Assembly: GCA_046597055.1 (NCBI GenBank)
Contig: JBKJLC010000127.1
Coordinates: 1 to 38,467 of the forward strand
Direction: 5' to 3'
DNA length: 38,467 nt
DNA from: Kofleriaceae bacterium
GTDB lineage: Bacteria > Myxococcota_A > Polyangia > Haliangiales > Haliangiaceae
The position numbers and the translations under genes are program-made. This document shows positions 36,006 through 38,467 of this stretch, in pieces (within the stretch, counting starts at the first letter, position 1; each line of letters opens with the position of its first letter). A model generated the notes under the pieces. It was not told the origin of the DNA, ran no database searches, and worked only from the letters and a program-made list of their open reading frames with translations.

Positions 36006-37339
36006 GAGCGGACTCCGATGCGCAGGATCACGCGGTTCAGCATCGGCGAATCGGGATCGAGATCGATCACGGCCAGGCTGTTGTCGAGGAAGTTGCTGAT
36101 GAACAGCAGGTGCTTGCTCGGGGCGAGCGCCAGGCCGAACGGGCCGCGCCCGACGACGGTGACCGCCTCGACCGTGCCGCGCCCGCGCGGGTCGATGACG
36201 TAGAGCTCGCCCTCGCTGAAGCAGCTGACGTACGCGCGCTCGCCGCCGCCGCCATCCCCGACCACCAGGCTCGATGCCTCCCGGCAGATGTCGGTGGCCG
36301 CGAGCAGCTCGTTGCGCGGCGTGCCGTCGGCGCTGATGCGGGTGTCGTAGACCTGCAGGCTCGGCGGCGACCGGTTGATCATGAAGGCGCGATCGCCCGT
36401 GGCGTCGAACGTGATGCCGCGCCCGTCCTCCGACTGACCACCGCCGCCGACCCCACCCACGCTATCGAGGAAGAAGTAGCTGGTCGGGACCAGAAACGGC
36501 GAGGCGCCCTCGGGCCGCGCGACCGTCACGAGCTGGACCCGGTTCTCGCTGCGGCTCTGGACGTAGATGATGTTGTCGGGGCCCGGGGCCCGACCGGCGA
36601 CGCCGGTGGCGCCGCGGACGGTGCCGTTGATGGCGCCGAACAGGCCGGTGATCGAGTCGGCCAGCACCGGCGTGCCGGCGGCCGGGCTGTCGACCAGGGT
36701 CACGGTGCCGCTGGTCAGGTGGGTGACGACCGCGAACTCACCGACCGAGTCGGCGTAGACCCCGTACGGCTCGTCGGGGATCGTCGGCAGGTCGCGGTCG
36801 TCGCGCAAGCGCGACAGCCGATGGCTGTCCGCGCACAGCTCGAACCCCTCCGCGTCGCTGCACGACAGCGCGCCCCCGTCCCAGTCGATCCATGTGACCG
36901 ACGGGTCACCGCGGACCGGGACGATCAGGCGCAGCTTGCCGTCGCCGAGGTCTTGCACCGCCATGGCGGCGGCGAAGTTGCCGGTCCGGACCGCGGCGTT
37001 CTCCTTCAGCAGCCCCAGGGGCGGACACGCGAGGGTGCCGCTGCGATCGGTGGCGGCGGTGCAGCCCGTGGGGGCAATCGCGGTGGCCTTCCAGGCGGCG
37101 ATCACGCTGGCGATCGCGTTCAGATCGGCGACCTCGACCGTCCCCGAGTCGTGCCGGAGGTCGGAGTTGGCCGAGGCGACGAACAGGAACGCATCGTCCG
37201 GGCTGACCGCCAGCGCGGTCGGGAAGAAGATCGTGCCTTCAATCGGCTGGACGTCCTCCGCCGACGCGGTGCAGCCCGCCAGGGCGGTTCCGAGGGCAGC
37301 GACGGCGAGGCCGAACGACAGTGACCGAGAGAGACCCAT
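36002..37339 (-). CDS. YncE/YVTN-like beta-propeller lipoprotein
   Basis: ALAGC lipobox; PTALAVSPDDAFLFVAS, GITFDATGDRAF, VGRGPFGLAL..LFISNFLDNSLAVID. Confidence 0.85.
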   Translation of the reverse strand: MGLSRSLSFGLAVAALGTALAGCTASAEDVQPIEGTIFFPTALAVSPDDAFLFVASANSDLRHDSGTVEVADLNAIASVIAAWKATAIAPTGCTAATDRSGTLACPPLGLLKENAAVRTGNFAAAMAVQDLGDGKLRLIVPVRGDPSVTWIDWDGGALSCSDAEGFELCADSHRLSRLRDDRDLPTIPDEPYGVYADSVGEFAVVTHLTSGTVTLVDSPAAGTPVLADSITGLFGAINGTVRGATGVAGRAPGPDNIIYVQSRSENRVQLVTVARPEGASPFLVPTSYFFLDSVGGVGGGGQSEDGRGITFDATGDRAFMINRSPPSLQVYDTRISADGTPRNELLAATDICREASSLVVGDGGGGERAYVSCFSEGELYVIDPRGRGTVEAVTVVGRGPFGLALAPSKHLLFISNFLDNSLAVIDLDPDSPMLNRVILRIGVRS

Positions 37340-37392
37340 TGCAGCCCCGTTGGACCCGGCGGTGCCGGGTGTGGTTGCCCGCGTGGCGGGGA

Positions 37393-38467
<1,075 letters not shown>

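Overview
Very GC-rich chromosomal DNA. Gene content (Ser/Thr kinase-ECF pair, many lipoproteins, sigma54-type promoters) suggests a myxobacterium; the taxonomy is inferred. Left to right: a cupin-ASCH fusion; a 62-aa stand-alone HisKA-like gene; an aromatic-acid CoA pathway (creatininase-family hydrolase, benzoate-CoA-ligase family, acyl-CoA dehydrogenase, enoyl-CoA hydratase, RidA, SDR) split by an antisense pseudokinase; a beta-helix/diheme cytochrome lipoprotein pair; CitE-like lyase; YkgJ protein; a repeat-rich interval with a decayed ECF sigma fragment; a DUF5658-like gene; an orphan ParA ATPase with a small partner; tspO; a putative sigma54 operon for two hydrazine-synthase-alpha-like heme c lipoproteins and an exported HEAT protein (best candidate for an undescribed system); an ECF/kinase pair; mutS; a SPOR gene; two beta-propeller lipoproteins; and the 3' part of ppdK. 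No rRNA, tRNA, CRISPR array or transposase seen. All family calls are by eye from motifs; no searches were run.
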